From IMG/VR virus record IMGVR_UViG_3300031418_000003: a DNA stretch of 64,000 nt. One strand, written 5' to 3'. Positions within the stretch are counted from its first letter, which is position 1. Each line of letters starts with the position of its first letter. The position numbers and the translations under genes were made by a program. The DNA is from a virus. Its lineage: Duplodnaviria > Caudoviricetes. The notes beneath the pieces were generated by a model. It was not told the origin of the DNA, made no database searches, and saw nothing but the letters and a program-made list of their open reading frames with translations. This document shows, piece by piece, positions 7,982-17,627 of the stretch.

Positions 7982-8965
7982 TTAAAACCTTTTATATCCT
8001 GGCCTTCTTATGACGAAGGCTTTCTTACCGGTACATAAGTCGGGATACTCTAAAGGAGAAAGAATAATGTCAGATAAAATGTTCCAGTAGGAATTATCGA
8101 CCTTGTTTTTGAGTGGCGCTCTCGTGTCATTAATAAACTTCGCCATTACATTTGTTTTCGCATTATCTTTTAAATAAAGATTTGCGGTATTAAATATGGC
8201 TGGGTTATCCCGCAACATAAGTGCATAATTTTCTTCGTTAGCACAGAAGAGTCTTAAATGATAGGGAAACGCTGAGATATATTTCAGTTCATCAATCCCG
8301 ACATCATCAAACAACTTAATCAGTCTCTGAGATTCTTTCTCTTTATGAATCAGTGTTTTATTGAAACGTGCCAACTGATAGATAGAGAAAAGAATTTCAT
8401 CGCTAGACATTACCGAGCTGTTAGGATCCATCCAGAAGGCAGGATGTTTTACATACTGCTGGATATCTTCCACTGACCCATATTTGACATTAGCATCATT
8501 TCTGACGATCTTTGCCTGGGCAATGAAGATAGTCGGTACTGCTAACGGATCTTTCTTATCTTTGTGGGCATAGAGCTTTACCGGCACAGCAATGTACCCT
8601 TCAGGCACTTCGTCAGGATAAAGGAATCCATATTCTTCACCGCACCACATCGGATAGTTCTTACCGAAGTAATCAATATCACGAGCAATGCGCCAACCAC
8701 CGGTCATGGTTTCCACTTTACTTTCACCCGGACCCGCCAGACGAACATGAGTAACATCATCATCTTCGATGTTACCATTACGCATACACCAGCCGCCGCC
8801 GTTAGGCATCGCGTCATGAACCTCACCACCGGCGTCAGTAATGAAATAAGGGTTCTTGAGGCGACTACCATTGAAGGGAACGGTCACCCCAAACACAAAT
8901 GGGTTATGGTTAAACCTCTTATTCATGTCATAAATAACAGCTTTGTTGTCGGTTTCGTTGTTCAC
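7982..8965 (-). CDS. Hypothetical protein (327 aa, GTG start)
   Basis: AAGGA RBS; the start overlaps the upstream stop. Confidence 0.8.
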   Translation of the reverse strand: MNNETDNKAVIYDMNKRFNHNPFVFGVTVPFNGSRLKNPYFITDAGGEVHDAMPNGGGWCMRNGNIEDDDVTHVRLAGPGESKVETMTGGWRIARDIDYFGKNYPMWCGEEYGFLYPDEVPEGYIAVPVKLYAHKDKKDPLAVPTIFIAQAKIVRNDANVKYGSVEDIQQYVKHPAFWMDPNSSVMSSDEILFSIYQLARFNKTLIHKEKESQRLIKLFDDVGIDELKYISAFPYHLRLFCANEENYALMLRDNPAIFNTANLYLKDNAKTNVMAKFINDTRAPLKNKVDNSYWNILSDIILSPLEYPDLCTGKKAFVIRRPGYKRF

Positions 8966-9465
8966 TTTTTATCCTTAGAAAGATCCTGACCATAGAAAGT
9001 AACTTTCTGACCATTAATGATTTTCACTTCTTTAACATGATAACTGGGTTTTATTTGAGCATCCGGCAGAACACTTAAAGCCGCAACAGGAGTGAAGTCT
9101 TTGGGACCACCTTTCATAACACCAAAATTTGGATTGAATGTCGGCGGGATAGGTTGGCAAGGTAAAGCAAACTCAGATATCACAGCAGCGTTAGAATCCT
9201 TGGGTTTACCTCGGGCGATTATCTTACGTGCTAAATCTCGAGCATGTGCAGATTCACTGAAATCCATCAGTGAAGTGAACTCAATTGAAATCGGTTCCAG
9301 TTGAGCACGGATCGCGTCTTTCTCCTCTTGGGTATAAAGAGATACAAAGTCGTGTCCGATTAGATGACCAGTATCGTTGTAAATCATATACAACCTGAGC
9401 ATCTCTAAATGTTCTGGTGCTTGTTCAACGTCTTCTTTCGATGGGGTAAAATATTCTACAGTCAT
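8962..9465 (-). CDS. Hypothetical protein (167 aa)
   Basis: AGGAG RBS. Confidence 0.8.
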   Translation of the reverse strand: MTVEYFTPSKEDVEQAPEHLEMLRLYMIYNDTGHLIGHDFVSLYTQEEKDAIRAQLEPISIEFTSLMDFSESAHARDLARKIIARGKPKDSNAAVISEFALPCQPIPPTFNPNFGVMKGGPKDFTPVAALSVLPDAQIKPSYHVKEVKIINGQKVTFYGQDLSKDKK

Positions 9466-9501
9466 TATAACTCCTAAGGGAATCCTTTCCCTAAGTTAAA
9501 A

Positions 9502-9864
9502 TTAGCGAGATGATCCGATATGGCGGTGACCTATGAGGGTTGGGTTTTGGTGCTGACCCAATGTACGGACGCGAGAAGATTCAATATCTTCCATTTGCAA
9601 CTGGACATCACGACGACCCGAGCCGTTGTGACTCATGCTTAGCGTATAACGCACGTCAAGACGCTCTGCAGCCTCGAGAACAGCTTCGAAGCTAATTCCC
9701 TTGGTCACATTGTTACGCAGCTTAGAGATGATGTTAGCGGACATATGGATCTTATCTGCCAGAGCTCGGCCTGTAGTATATTTCAGACGGAGATTGATCA
9801 GATAGCTCATACGGGAGACCAACATGGCTTTGGCTTTGGTAACATTTGCAGTAGTGTAACGCAT
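9502..9864 (-). CDS. Putative Cro/C1-type HTH DNA-binding protein (120 aa, start MRYTTANV)
   Basis: GAGGT RBS before ATG 9864; segment TGRALADKIHMSANIISKLRNNVTKGISFEAVLEAAERLDV has an XRE-HTH pattern. Confidence 0.6.
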   Translation of the reverse strand: MRYTTANVTKAKAMLVSRMSYLINLRLKYTTGRALADKIHMSANIISKLRNNVTKGISFEAVLEAAERLDVRYTLSMSHNGSGRRDVQLQMEDIESSRVRTLGQHQNPTLIGHRHIGSSR

Positions 9865-9916
9865 TGTAAATACCTCTAAAGTAAGTAGATGAGAAAACAA
9901 TTTAGTTTGTACACAC

Positions 9917-9935
9917 TGATAATATCTGCCTGTAT
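9917..9935 (-). promoter_or_regulatory. Putative phage early promoter (ATACAGGCAGATATTATCA)
   Basis: Core AGGCAGATATTATC identical to the copies at 18468 and 53898; 53 nt upstream of the start. Confidence 0.7.
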
Positions 9936-9968
9936 CATAATGAAACAAAAAAAAACAATCATGATAAA

Positions 9969-9996
9969 CTGAATACTCTCAGATGAGAGTATTCAG
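9969..9996. terminator. Terminator hairpin
   Basis: CTGAATACTCTC-AGAT-GAGAGTATTCAG, 12-bp stem, in an intergenic gap. Confidence 0.7.
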
Positions 9997-10008
9997 AATC
10001 ACATCACG

Positions 10009-10713
10009 TTACGCAAAGAGTCCGGTAACAAATTGTTTTACCTTAATGAAAGGATTAGAGAATTTCTTTTCTTCTTTCAACATAAATACAACCGGTGGCT
10101 TCACAGCGATCTGATCGGGACCCGGTCCTTTCTGGAATGTAGAACGTTTCATTGGAATGTCATATCCGGCAGTATGGATAATTTTCCCATCCTGCATGAT
10201 TTCCATTTTCACCAACAGCTCTTTTTCACGGAACTTGATGTTGGTGATGGAGATAGTTCCAACTAACTCACCCCGGACAACTTGGTTCACATAAATAGGG
10301 CTGTCCATTCCGCTACGATGACAGTTATGAACCCGACGCATAACAGCCGCGAATAACTTGGCGTTAATAAGGGCGCAGCGTTCTTCTGTCAGGTAGGAAA
10401 CTTCTGGGTAGCTTCCAGGTTTAAAGAAAAGATCAGTGTAACGTTTGTTGGGAACCGTTTCGCTTAACTCGCTAAAATCTTTCAGTGCCATCACCACATC
10501 ACTCAGAATAAATACCTGGGGATGTTTATCCAGCATGAACAGTGTTTTGTTGATCCGGCTAACGGTGTATTGATTTTTACGGAAGACAAACTTGTCATCT
10601 TCGGTTTCTTTAATAACGTCGATCAGTTTAGTTAAGAATTGGGCAATGTCCCCAATGGTGCATGTAGGAAACATTTTCCCCATGCGAATGCGAATATCAG
10701 AATGGCGTGCCAT
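10009..10713 (-). CDS. Hypothetical protein (234 aa, start MARHSDIR)
   Basis: AAGGA RBS before ATG 10713. Confidence 0.75.
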   Translation of the reverse strand: MARHSDIRIRMGKMFPTCTIGDIAQFLTKLIDVIKETEDDKFVFRKNQYTVSRINKTLFMLDKHPQVFILSDVVMALKDFSELSETVPNKRYTDLFFKPGSYPEVSYLTEERCALINAKLFAAVMRRVHNCHRSGMDSPIYVNQVVRGELVGTISITNIKFREKELLVKMEIMQDGKIIHTAGYDIPMKRSTFQKGPGPDQIAVKPPVVFMLKEEKKFSNPFIKVKQFVTGLFA

Positions 10714-10775
10714 ACAGATCCTTACTTTATTTCGATTGGTTAATTGCGTGTGTAGCACGATGGACAAACAAAAAG

Positions 10776-10801
10776 AATAGATGAGGTTTCCCCCATCTAT
10801 T
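10776..10801 (-). terminator. Intrinsic terminator
   Basis: Minus strand AATAGATGGGG-GAAA-CCTCATCTATT followed by CTTTTT. Confidence 0.8.
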
Positions 10802-10815
10802 TCTTGTTGGTGTTT

Positions 10816-13029
10816 TTATTTAACGGATTTCAGAATCCACATCTCCAGGAATCTTGCAATTGCCATCATCTTGGTAGAGTAAACAGAGCTGAGATATTCC
10901 GGTTCATCATAGAACGCATCAAACACAACTGCATCCCAAACCTGACCAGCTTGTTTGGTACGAATGTGTTTATCCCAGAATTTACTTTTGTAGAAGTCAT
11001 CTTCCGAGATAGAAGAGTTATAGAACTTCTCTTCTCCTGTGATGAAGTACTTCTTGGTGTCAAGGATAGTTTTCATTGCCGCACAGACAACTTTAATTCC
11101 ATCTTTGTTTAACACCGGAAGTTCGGTACCGCTCAGGGAAACTTTCAGATCGTCCAGTCCTGAATCTTTGGCGGCGCCAGTCAGATGTTCAGGGGTAATT
11201 GGAAGACTGGAGTCTACTTCTGAGATTGGCGCATCTGCCAATTTGGACTTAGCAGAGTTGAATACCTTTAATCCCGCCTGTAAACGCTGAGCCGCATTTT
11301 TATGATAGCGGTCATACGTATCAGTGGCGCGTTTGTTGATCAGGGACAGGATGGCGTTCAGATCACTTGGTGAGTTGATACCGTTCAGAATTTCAGGTGT
11401 CTGGATTTTGGTCTTACCGACATTGATGAACTTCTGCTCAGATTGCCATTTCTCAGAGCCGTATTCATTAAAAGCAGATTCTGCTTCATGAAGACCTTTC
11501 TTGATTCGGGCAGTGTCTGCTTTGGTAGGATTACCCTTGATCTTCTCTTTGACTTTCTCAAAGCCAATCTTCAGAGAGTCAAGGAAACTTTCCATACCGG
11601 CAACGGTAGGTTCGATATCAACTTTATAACGTTCGTTAATATCAGCCGCGGCTGCGGCGAGAAGTTCACTACCGTCAACGAATTGTTCCATGCCGGCTGC
11701 ATCGGGACCCGCTTCGTTATAAGTAGTAAGAACGGCATCGAGTGTCTCGATATCATTCTGCATCTCAAACTTAGCTTCGATCAGTTCAGCCCGATCAGGT
11801 TCTGCAGGTTCAATAGCTTCCACGAAATCCGGATCAACCATTGGGTTACGCTCTGCGGCTTCAGTACTCACTTCAGGAGTAGGTTCTGAAATTGCTGCCG
11901 CATCAACAGCAGCCACGCCACCTTCTGGTGCTTCAGCGGTCAGAGTAGACGCTGCAGTACTTTCAGGCGTGTTCAGAATGGTCGGTTCTGGGTTGTCTGT
12001 GGGAACGGTCTGCTGGTCAGTAACTTCTGGACCAGCATTGGTATCCACGATGGTTGCGGTAATCTGTGCATTTGGTCTCTCTTCGAGAATCTTAGCACAC
12101 GCAGTTTGATATTCAGCATGCCAACCAGGTTGCGCCATATCGACAGTACCACCACCCGGAACATGGAGGATATCACCCATTGATTCACCACCCATAATCT
12201 CAACAGGAATATAGGAGACATCGGCATCCGGGTTTTCGGCCAGGTAAGCATCCCATTCGTTATTATAACGAACAGCTGCAACTTGATCGCCCATACTGGC
12301 TGTTGAGCCGTCAGGGAAATGTAATACACCGTCATATTGCATAACAGGTTCACCTTCTTTTTCGATACCTAATGGATCGCGACGTTCTTTCATACGTTTC
12401 AAACGCGCAGCAAAATCGATAGGTTTACTTTTTTCGTTAGATTCTTCAATCGCCTTCTTCAACGATTTATGAAACCACTCTGGATCATCGTTCATGTTTT
12501 CCAGACCGGCGACTTCAGCAAGATCGGTAGTTAAATAATCCTGCCCCAGGAACTCACCTTCACCCAGAACAATTTTGTTTGGGGTTGGATCTGCTTCACA
12601 AGAATCAATGAAGTCGTTCCATTTCTCTTCCATCATATTGATAAAACCTTCGGCGTTACCGCGTGCTTTATACCGACGGATATATTCTTCTTTGAGTTCA
12701 CGTTGCGGATACGCCAGGATATAATCGATACCTTGTGACTGCAACATCTCACGAACATTATCGTGACTGGACACCAGAATAATTACGTCGTCCAATTTAT
12801 CAAGCGTTGACTTGATGTGTTGAACGTAATTAGTCGGGAAGAACTCCTTATCAAATTTAGAGCTATCAGAATCGAATACCGGAATCCCGTCACCAGAAGG
12901 TACGGTGATCTCATATTCTTTTGTAAAGTCGTTAAAGTGGACATGAGCGGGTTTTAAGCCACGTTCATCTGCCTCTTTAAAGATAGTGCTTTTACCTACA
13001 GCAGGAAAAGCAGAGAGAACAAGTTTCAT
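10816..13029 (-). CDS. Fusion protein (737 aa): N-terminal P-loop kinase-like domain, acidic linker, C-terminal internal-head-protein-like domain
   Basis: SAFPAVGKST P-loop and DSDSSKFDK/LVSSH motifs; AGLE, AGME and AGME protease-type sites; C-terminus LEMWILKSVK resembles phiKZ-group head paralogues (from memory). Confidence 0.7.
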   Translation of the reverse strand: MKLVLSAFPAVGKSTIFKEADERGLKPAHVHFNDFTKEYEITVPSGDGIPVFDSDSSKFDKEFFPTNYVQHIKSTLDKLDDVIILVSSHDNVREMLQSQGIDYILAYPQRELKEEYIRRYKARGNAEGFINMMEEKWNDFIDSCEADPTPNKIVLGEGEFLGQDYLTTDLAEVAGLENMNDDPEWFHKSLKKAIEESNEKSKPIDFAARLKRMKERRDPLGIEKEGEPVMQYDGVLHFPDGSTASMGDQVAAVRYNNEWDAYLAENPDADVSYIPVEIMGGESMGDILHVPGGGTVDMAQPGWHAEYQTACAKILEERPNAQITATIVDTNAGPEVTDQQTVPTDNPEPTILNTPESTAASTLTAEAPEGGVAAVDAAAISEPTPEVSTEAAERNPMVDPDFVEAIEPAEPDRAELIEAKFEMQNDIETLDAVLTTYNEAGPDAAGMEQFVDGSELLAAAAADINERYKVDIEPTVAGMESFLDSLKIGFEKVKEKIKGNPTKADTARIKKGLHEAESAFNEYGSEKWQSEQKFINVGKTKIQTPEILNGINSPSDLNAILSLINKRATDTYDRYHKNAAQRLQAGLKVFNSAKSKLADAPISEVDSSLPITPEHLTGAAKDSGLDDLKVSLSGTELPVLNKDGIKVVCAAMKTILDTKKYFITGEEKFYNSSISEDDFYKSKFWDKHIRTKQAGQVWDAVVFDAFYDEPEYLSSVYSTKMMAIARFLEMWILKSVK

Positions 13030-13083
13030 TATCTAACCTCAGGTTATATGACATAAAATCAAAGATAATAAAGAAAAGAACCA

Positions 13084-13106
13084 GAACTTGGAGAATCTCC
13101 AAGTTC
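13084..13106 (-). terminator. Intrinsic terminator after RNase H
   Basis: GAACTTGGAGA/TCTCCAAGTTC inverted repeat with a U-rich tract on the minus strand. Confidence 0.75.
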
Positions 13107-13113
13107 CAGTGGG

Positions 13114-13641
13114 TTATCTTTTATACCGGAACCACGGCTTGTGTTCCTTGGGAGTTTTCACTGAAGGCACGAATCCTTCATCAATCTCCGTGGGTTCAGC
13201 CGCTGCTGCTTTTGCTAAGACGTCGCATCGCTCATTATCAGGAATGCCTGAGTGAGCTTTGACTTTAATGAACTCAACTTTATGAAAGCGAGTGAGTGCA
13301 TGAAGACGTTTAAACAAATCAGCATTTTTCACATCTTCGAACACACCAGGCTGAGGTTGTCTTTTCCATCCATTTTTAATCCAACCCCACACCCACTTTG
13401 TAGCACCATCAATAGTGTATTGACTATCAGTATGAATCTTGACCACGGCAGGATCTTGAATCTGGGACAGGGCTTCGATGACCGCCAGAATCTCCATACG
13501 GTTATTTGTGGTTTTGAAATAACCTTTGGACGCTTCTGACTTCATGTCTCCATACCGGGCAACAAAAGCCCAACCACCGGATGCTCCGTCCGACGCTCCG
13601 TTACCTAACGCAGAACCATCGGTATAAATTATGTACTCCAA
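13114..13641 (-). CDS. rnhA: Ribonuclease HI (probable TTG start)
   Basis: YTDGS, TTNNRMEILA, TDSQY, KVKAHSG, NERCDVLA motifs; GGAGGT RBS 5 nt before the TTG at 13641. Confidence 0.95.
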   Translation of the reverse strand: MEYIIYTDGSALGNGASDGASGGWAFVARYGDMKSEASKGYFKTTNNRMEILAVIEALSQIQDPAVVKIHTDSQYTIDGATKWVWGWIKNGWKRQPQPGVFEDVKNADLFKRLHALTRFHKVEFIKVKAHSGIPDNERCDVLAKAAAAEPTEIDEGFVPSVKTPKEHKPWFRYKR

Positions 13642-13694
13642 GGTACACCTCCAATTAATCACTCCTATAATGCAGGTTAGGATACTTTATTAAG

Positions 13695-13724
13695 TTAACT
13701 CCTGGGACTAGTCCCAGGAGTTAA
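13695..13724. repeat. Perfect 30-nt palindrome (terminator-like)
   Basis: TTAACTCCTGGGACT|AGTCCCAGGAGTTAA. Confidence 0.9.
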
Positions 13725-13728
13725 TGTG

Positions 13729-14382
13729 TTACGGGTGTAACTTACGAGCAATGCGTTCAATATCAACTGCAGTGATTGGCTCAGCACCCAATGAATCGTA
13801 ACGAACTTTCTCTACTAAGCTCGAGAACTCTTCAGGATCGAAGTTTTCATTTCGAGGATGTTTGTAGTGTCGATTGATCGTCTCATAACTGATCTCGGTA
13901 ACAAAGCATGACCCATCACTTTTACGTTTGGCGGTGACGATCGTATCAGGAAGTCGTAATTCCCAGACAAAATCACCAACGTCGTTTTTAATAGGGATCT
14001 GATGCCAGGTCCGATCGTGGGTGTGGTAATGGCCATCTTCTAATTCACCGATTGCTGCTGATAAAGTTCGTACACCGGCAAAGTCTTGATGGGTTTCACC
14101 CACTGGCATAAATGCACCCATTTTATAAAGGTCATGGTGGACCTTCATGATCTGGATGAAATTAGGTGAACAGATGCCGAGTTTTGGATCCCATTCACGA
14201 AGCATATGGGAAACCTTTTCCCCAAAATGATCAGTGAGTTCGACCCAGGACCCATAGTAGTTCGCATCGGGGTGTGCAGCAGGAACTGCACGTACATCGA
14301 TCTCGACGTTGGTTTCTTCCTTTCCATTAACACTGCGTACAATAGAACACGTCAGTCGGTTGTATGATTTATTAAAGATCAT
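13729..14382 (-). CDS. Hypothetical protein (217 aa)
   Basis: Long ORF with TGATG coupling. Confidence 0.8.
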   Translation of the reverse strand: MIFNKSYNRLTCSIVRSVNGKEETNVEIDVRAVPAAHPDANYYGSWVELTDHFGEKVSHMLREWDPKLGICSPNFIQIMKVHHDLYKMGAFMPVGETHQDFAGVRTLSAAIGELEDGHYHTHDRTWHQIPIKNDVGDFVWELRLPDTIVTAKRKSDGSCFVTEISYETINRHYKHPRNENFDPEEFSSLVEKVRYDSLGAEPITAVDIERIARKLHP

Positions 14383-14693
14383 CAGAACAATCCCTTCGCT
14401 TGGTTTTGCATTGTTTTCACAACACCGCCATCCTGGAGCTTACCTAATACGATAATGTAATCGCCCAGCTGATTCATCTGACCTTGTTTGACAACAGATA
14501 AATTGCAGCGCATACAAATGCGCGAAATTAAATTAGAAACCTGTTCATGATCGATAAAGAAGTCGATGGAATGACTTTTGATATCGGTGACAAAGACCGC
14601 ATCCTGAAGCGTACTCTCTTCGATGAAATCTTCAATGTCTTCTTTGAGTTTGGTTGGAAGACCACCACGAACGGCAATAGTTAACTTAGGCAT
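14382..14693 (-). CDS. Hypothetical protein (103 aa, start MPKLT)
   Basis: AAGGA RBS before ATG 14693. Confidence 0.75.
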   Translation of the reverse strand: MPKLTIAVRGGLPTKLKEDIEDFIEESTLQDAVFVTDIKSHSIDFFIDHEQVSNLISRICMRCNLSVVKQGQMNQLGDYIIVLGKLQDGGVVKTMQNQAKGLF

Positions 14694-14703
14694 AGTTGAT
14701 TCC

Positions 14704-15177
14704 TTACGAAGTTGTTTTTGTGAAAAAGAATGATGCCGCAAAGACAGTGTGAATTAAACCCAATTGGTCATGTGTCCATTCATGTCGATGCGTAAAGGTG
14801 GCAGCGACTCTACCAACAATTAACCCAAATGAAAACAATTCAGGAACGGGGAGATTCAGCAGTTTATAATCAACTTCTGGTTTAGCAAATTTTGAGATTG
14901 CTTCATCGGACATAATCAGGGAATAGGGAACATGGAAAGAAACTTCTACCTGTTCATATTGCCCTCCTCGACGTTCGATGGTCATATACGGGGCGAGTTT
15001 ATCGCTATCAATGATGACAACTTCTCTGACTCCGTCGACAAGGTTATTTGTCTCCAACACAACCGACCTTAAATAAACCTTTACACCTTTATAGTTAAGT
15101 CCAAGGAAGACATTGTTTTCCAGATAGTCAAGATTAGTTTCCTGATCAACATCTACCTCATTAGGGCCACTACTCAT
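14704..15177 (-). CDS. Hypothetical protein (157 aa)
   Basis: GGAG RBS before ATG 15177. Confidence 0.75.
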   Translation of the reverse strand: MSSGPNEVDVDQETNLDYLENNVFLGLNYKGVKVYLRSVVLETNNLVDGVREVVIIDSDKLAPYMTIERRGGQYEQVEVSFHVPYSLIMSDEAISKFAKPEVDYKLLNLPVPELFSFGLIVGRVAATFTHRHEWTHDQLGLIHTVFAASFFFTKTTS

Positions 15178-15222
15178 TTCTTTTCTCCACTAAAGAAAAC
15201 CGACCCTTTCGAGTCGGTGTGT

Positions 15223-17190
15223 TTATTTGGATAACACCGCGACCACGTTCTTGATATCGTGCAGAGAACGGATATCAACAATAGGAATGTTATATCCCTT
15301 TGCCTTCTCCACTTTACTGGCAGACGGTTTATCACCCAACAGCAGAACTTTACATGACCGGGTGACTTTGTCACTCAGCACAAAACCTGCTTCTGCCAGT
15401 TTCTCACCCAACATCTGACGCGGCATGGCAACCCAACCACCTGAGATCGCAATGGGGATACCTTCCAACGATGGAGCACGAGCACGAGCAAAGTCATAGT
15501 GACTTAAGAACTCGGTGATGTTCTCTTCATTTTGACGCACATAGTTCCCAATTGCCAATCCGTCTAACCCGAACAGATCACTCAGGAATTTGGCATCCGT
15601 CATCAATTGCATCAGGTCTTCAAGACTGTGGAAACGTAAATCTTCGCTCTGACCTTTCTTTGCTGAGTAGTTAGCGATATCAATAGACCGAACCAATCCC
15701 AGACCCGGAATACCAAGTGCGCACAACCAACGATGCAGGTCAAAGCGATTCAGGTCTTGAATCTGACCGATGATTGATTCCGCTACTCCCTGGCTGATAT
15801 TGGCATTAACCATATCGTTTACAGTGAGTTTGAAGATATCGGCATGATTGGATAAGAACCCATTGTCCAGTAACGCTTGAACCCCGCGTTCACCCAATCC
15901 TTTAATATCCAACCCATCTTTACGATCAACCAGTCGGATTAACTGACGCAGTAACTGACCTTCACAAGCATCGTTGTTACAGTACGCCGTTCCCGCTTCT
16001 TGATCCAAGGTTACCATCTCACCGCAGAACGGACACTGGTCGGGATATTTCAGACGCTCACCCGTACCCGCAGTCACCATACTGACCAGCCGGGGAATGA
16101 TCTCGTTAGCTTTCGTTACCCGGATAATAGAACCAATAGCCAGTCCTTTATCAAAGTAACTCTGTGCGTAATCCAGTTTGGCACGCGTTAAGGTTGTCCC
16201 GTCATAGTTCACCGGTTCGTACAGCAGGGTTCCTACCAACTGGCCTTCTAGTGACAATGTCCAGTCAATCCCGGTAACGGTGGTTTCAATGGAAGAGGTC
16301 GGAAACTTATAACAGACCGCATAAGTCCAATACTCGCCTTTCTGTGGAGTATCCCAATCACGCAGGTCATTGCTTTTGGCAACAATCCCGTCAATCGGAT
16401 AACCCAACGTAGGTTTCCCTGGTAAGTTCAACATCTCTTCAACCTCATCTTCCGTTAATACACGAGGAAGATCAAAGCCGGCTAATGCCATGTAACCACG
16501 AAGCTGGTCATACGTCTCCAATTCATCACGGATGTTCTTGGAAGCACCGTACACTTTGAAATAGATAGGGAGATCGTTATCTTTTTCAGAAGCTTGAAAA
16601 CGTTTCATCAAACCAGATACCGTAGAGCGGGTATCAGTTTGTTTTGGATCAAGCTGATTCATTTTAACGTAAGCATCAAAGTCAGCAAATGTACAGAATG
16701 CTTCACCGGTGTATTCCGTTCTTCCTTTACTTACATCAGAAGGAATATGGTCTGGCACATGTCGTAGAAGGTGTCGACGATGTGAGAGATCGGCACCATT
16801 GGTACCATCACCCCGAGTATGAATCCGAGCAAGATCCCCATCAACATAGATAAGTCTGAGCGCCATCCCATCGAGCTTGTCCTCATGAATAGCTTTGGCA
16901 TCCGCTTTGTCTTTCACCCACTCCAAATACTTCCCTTTATCTTTCCGTTTAGAAACAGAAAGCATCGGTTCAACAATGGGCACTAGTTCCATTGAGGGAT
17001 TGGGTGCAACAAAGCCTTGTCCATACGTTGTTTGATATTCAGGACACGCTTCCCGAAGACTGCGATACTCACTCGACAGATCCTCATACTGCTCGTCACT
17101 GATTTGTGGTTTGTCTAATTCAAAATAAAGATAATCGTGATATTTCAATTGACCTTCTAATTCAAGAAGGCGCTTGATTTTGTCTGCCAT
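15223..17190 (-). CDS. ligA: NAD-dependent DNA ligase (655 aa, start MADKIK)
   Basis: Domain Ia (YHDYLYF...PQISDEQYEDL), adenylation motif KLDG, TRGDG, DGIVAK, YKFP, C4 zinc finger (CPFC...CNNDAC), HhH GLG repeats, C-terminal BRCT; GAGG RBS. Confidence 0.95.
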   Translation of the reverse strand: MADKIKRLLELEGQLKYHDYLYFELDKPQISDEQYEDLSSEYRSLREACPEYQTTYGQGFVAPNPSMELVPIVEPMLSVSKRKDKGKYLEWVKDKADAKAIHEDKLDGMALRLIYVDGDLARIHTRGDGTNGADLSHRRHLLRHVPDHIPSDVSKGRTEYTGEAFCTFADFDAYVKMNQLDPKQTDTRSTVSGLMKRFQASEKDNDLPIYFKVYGASKNIRDELETYDQLRGYMALAGFDLPRVLTEDEVEEMLNLPGKPTLGYPIDGIVAKSNDLRDWDTPQKGEYWTYAVCYKFPTSSIETTVTGIDWTLSLEGQLVGTLLYEPVNYDGTTLTRAKLDYAQSYFDKGLAIGSIIRVTKANEIIPRLVSMVTAGTGERLKYPDQCPFCGEMVTLDQEAGTAYCNNDACEGQLLRQLIRLVDRKDGLDIKGLGERGVQALLDNGFLSNHADIFKLTVNDMVNANISQGVAESIIGQIQDLNRFDLHRWLCALGIPGLGLVRSIDIANYSAKKGQSEDLRFHSLEDLMQLMTDAKFLSDLFGLDGLAIGNYVRQNEENITEFLSHYDFARARAPSLEGIPIAISGGWVAMPRQMLGEKLAEAGFVLSDKVTRSCKVLLLGDKPSASKVEKAKGYNIPIVDIRSLHDIKNVVAVLSK

Positions 17191-17258
17191 ACTAGCCTCT
17201 GATCTGTGGTGGTCGTAATATAGATGATTCCCTGTTTTATTAATAAACAGCATAAAAG

Positions 17259-17290
17259 TAACTTGGAATGGTGTTACCCATTCCAAGTTA
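17259..17290. terminator. Terminator hairpin flanked by CATA/TATG
   Basis: TAACTTGGAATGG...CCATTCCAAGTTA, 13-bp stem. Confidence 0.75.
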
Positions 17291-17294
17291 TGTT

Positions 17295-17597
17295 TTAAAT
17301 GTACGCGAGAATATTTTCAACTGAACTTTGAGTTCCGACATTATAATCCGCAAGAGTATAACCGATTACTCGGCCACAGTCGTCGAAGGTTAAGAATGCT
17401 TTTACGCCGCCACTGAAACTTAATGTTCCAGTTTTGCCACCGAATCCGTCATCGCGCATATCAACCATCGCATTGATGATGTTTTGACCGATGCCCATAT
17501 TCGGAGTAAGAATCAATGTCTGTGGATCGCAGCCACACGGAATACTGCGTTGAGATAACATAAGGGTTCTTTCCTCTAAAAAATATGTTCCTTTCAA
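17295..17597 (-). CDS. Hypothetical protein (100 aa)
   Basis: ORF filling the gap between the ligase and the transglycosylase; exact start uncertain. Confidence 0.65.
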   Translation of the reverse strand: MKGTYFLEERTLMLSQRSIPCGCDPQTLILTPNMGIGQNIINAMVDMRDDGFGGKTGTLSFSGGVKAFLTFDDCGRVIGYTLADYNVGTQSSVENILAYI

Positions 17598-17627
17598 AAC
17601 ATCACTATGTGCGTCAAAATTAAGTTT

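Noticed and set aside
9947-9955. A9 run as a phase-variation site (also A8 near 46221)
   Set aside because: Intergenic and near terminator hairpins; more simply a U-tract in an AT-rich genome.
7982-13662. Basic C-termini of other genes (7982-8965 RRPGYKRF; RNase H KPWFRYKR) as members of the shared tail
   Set aside because: Basic, but lack the G-x-x-R...G...(W/Y)P...G pattern.
15174-15374. 66-aa track ORF overlapping the ligase C-terminus
   Set aside because: Mostly inside ligA in another frame; no convincing RBS or protein character.
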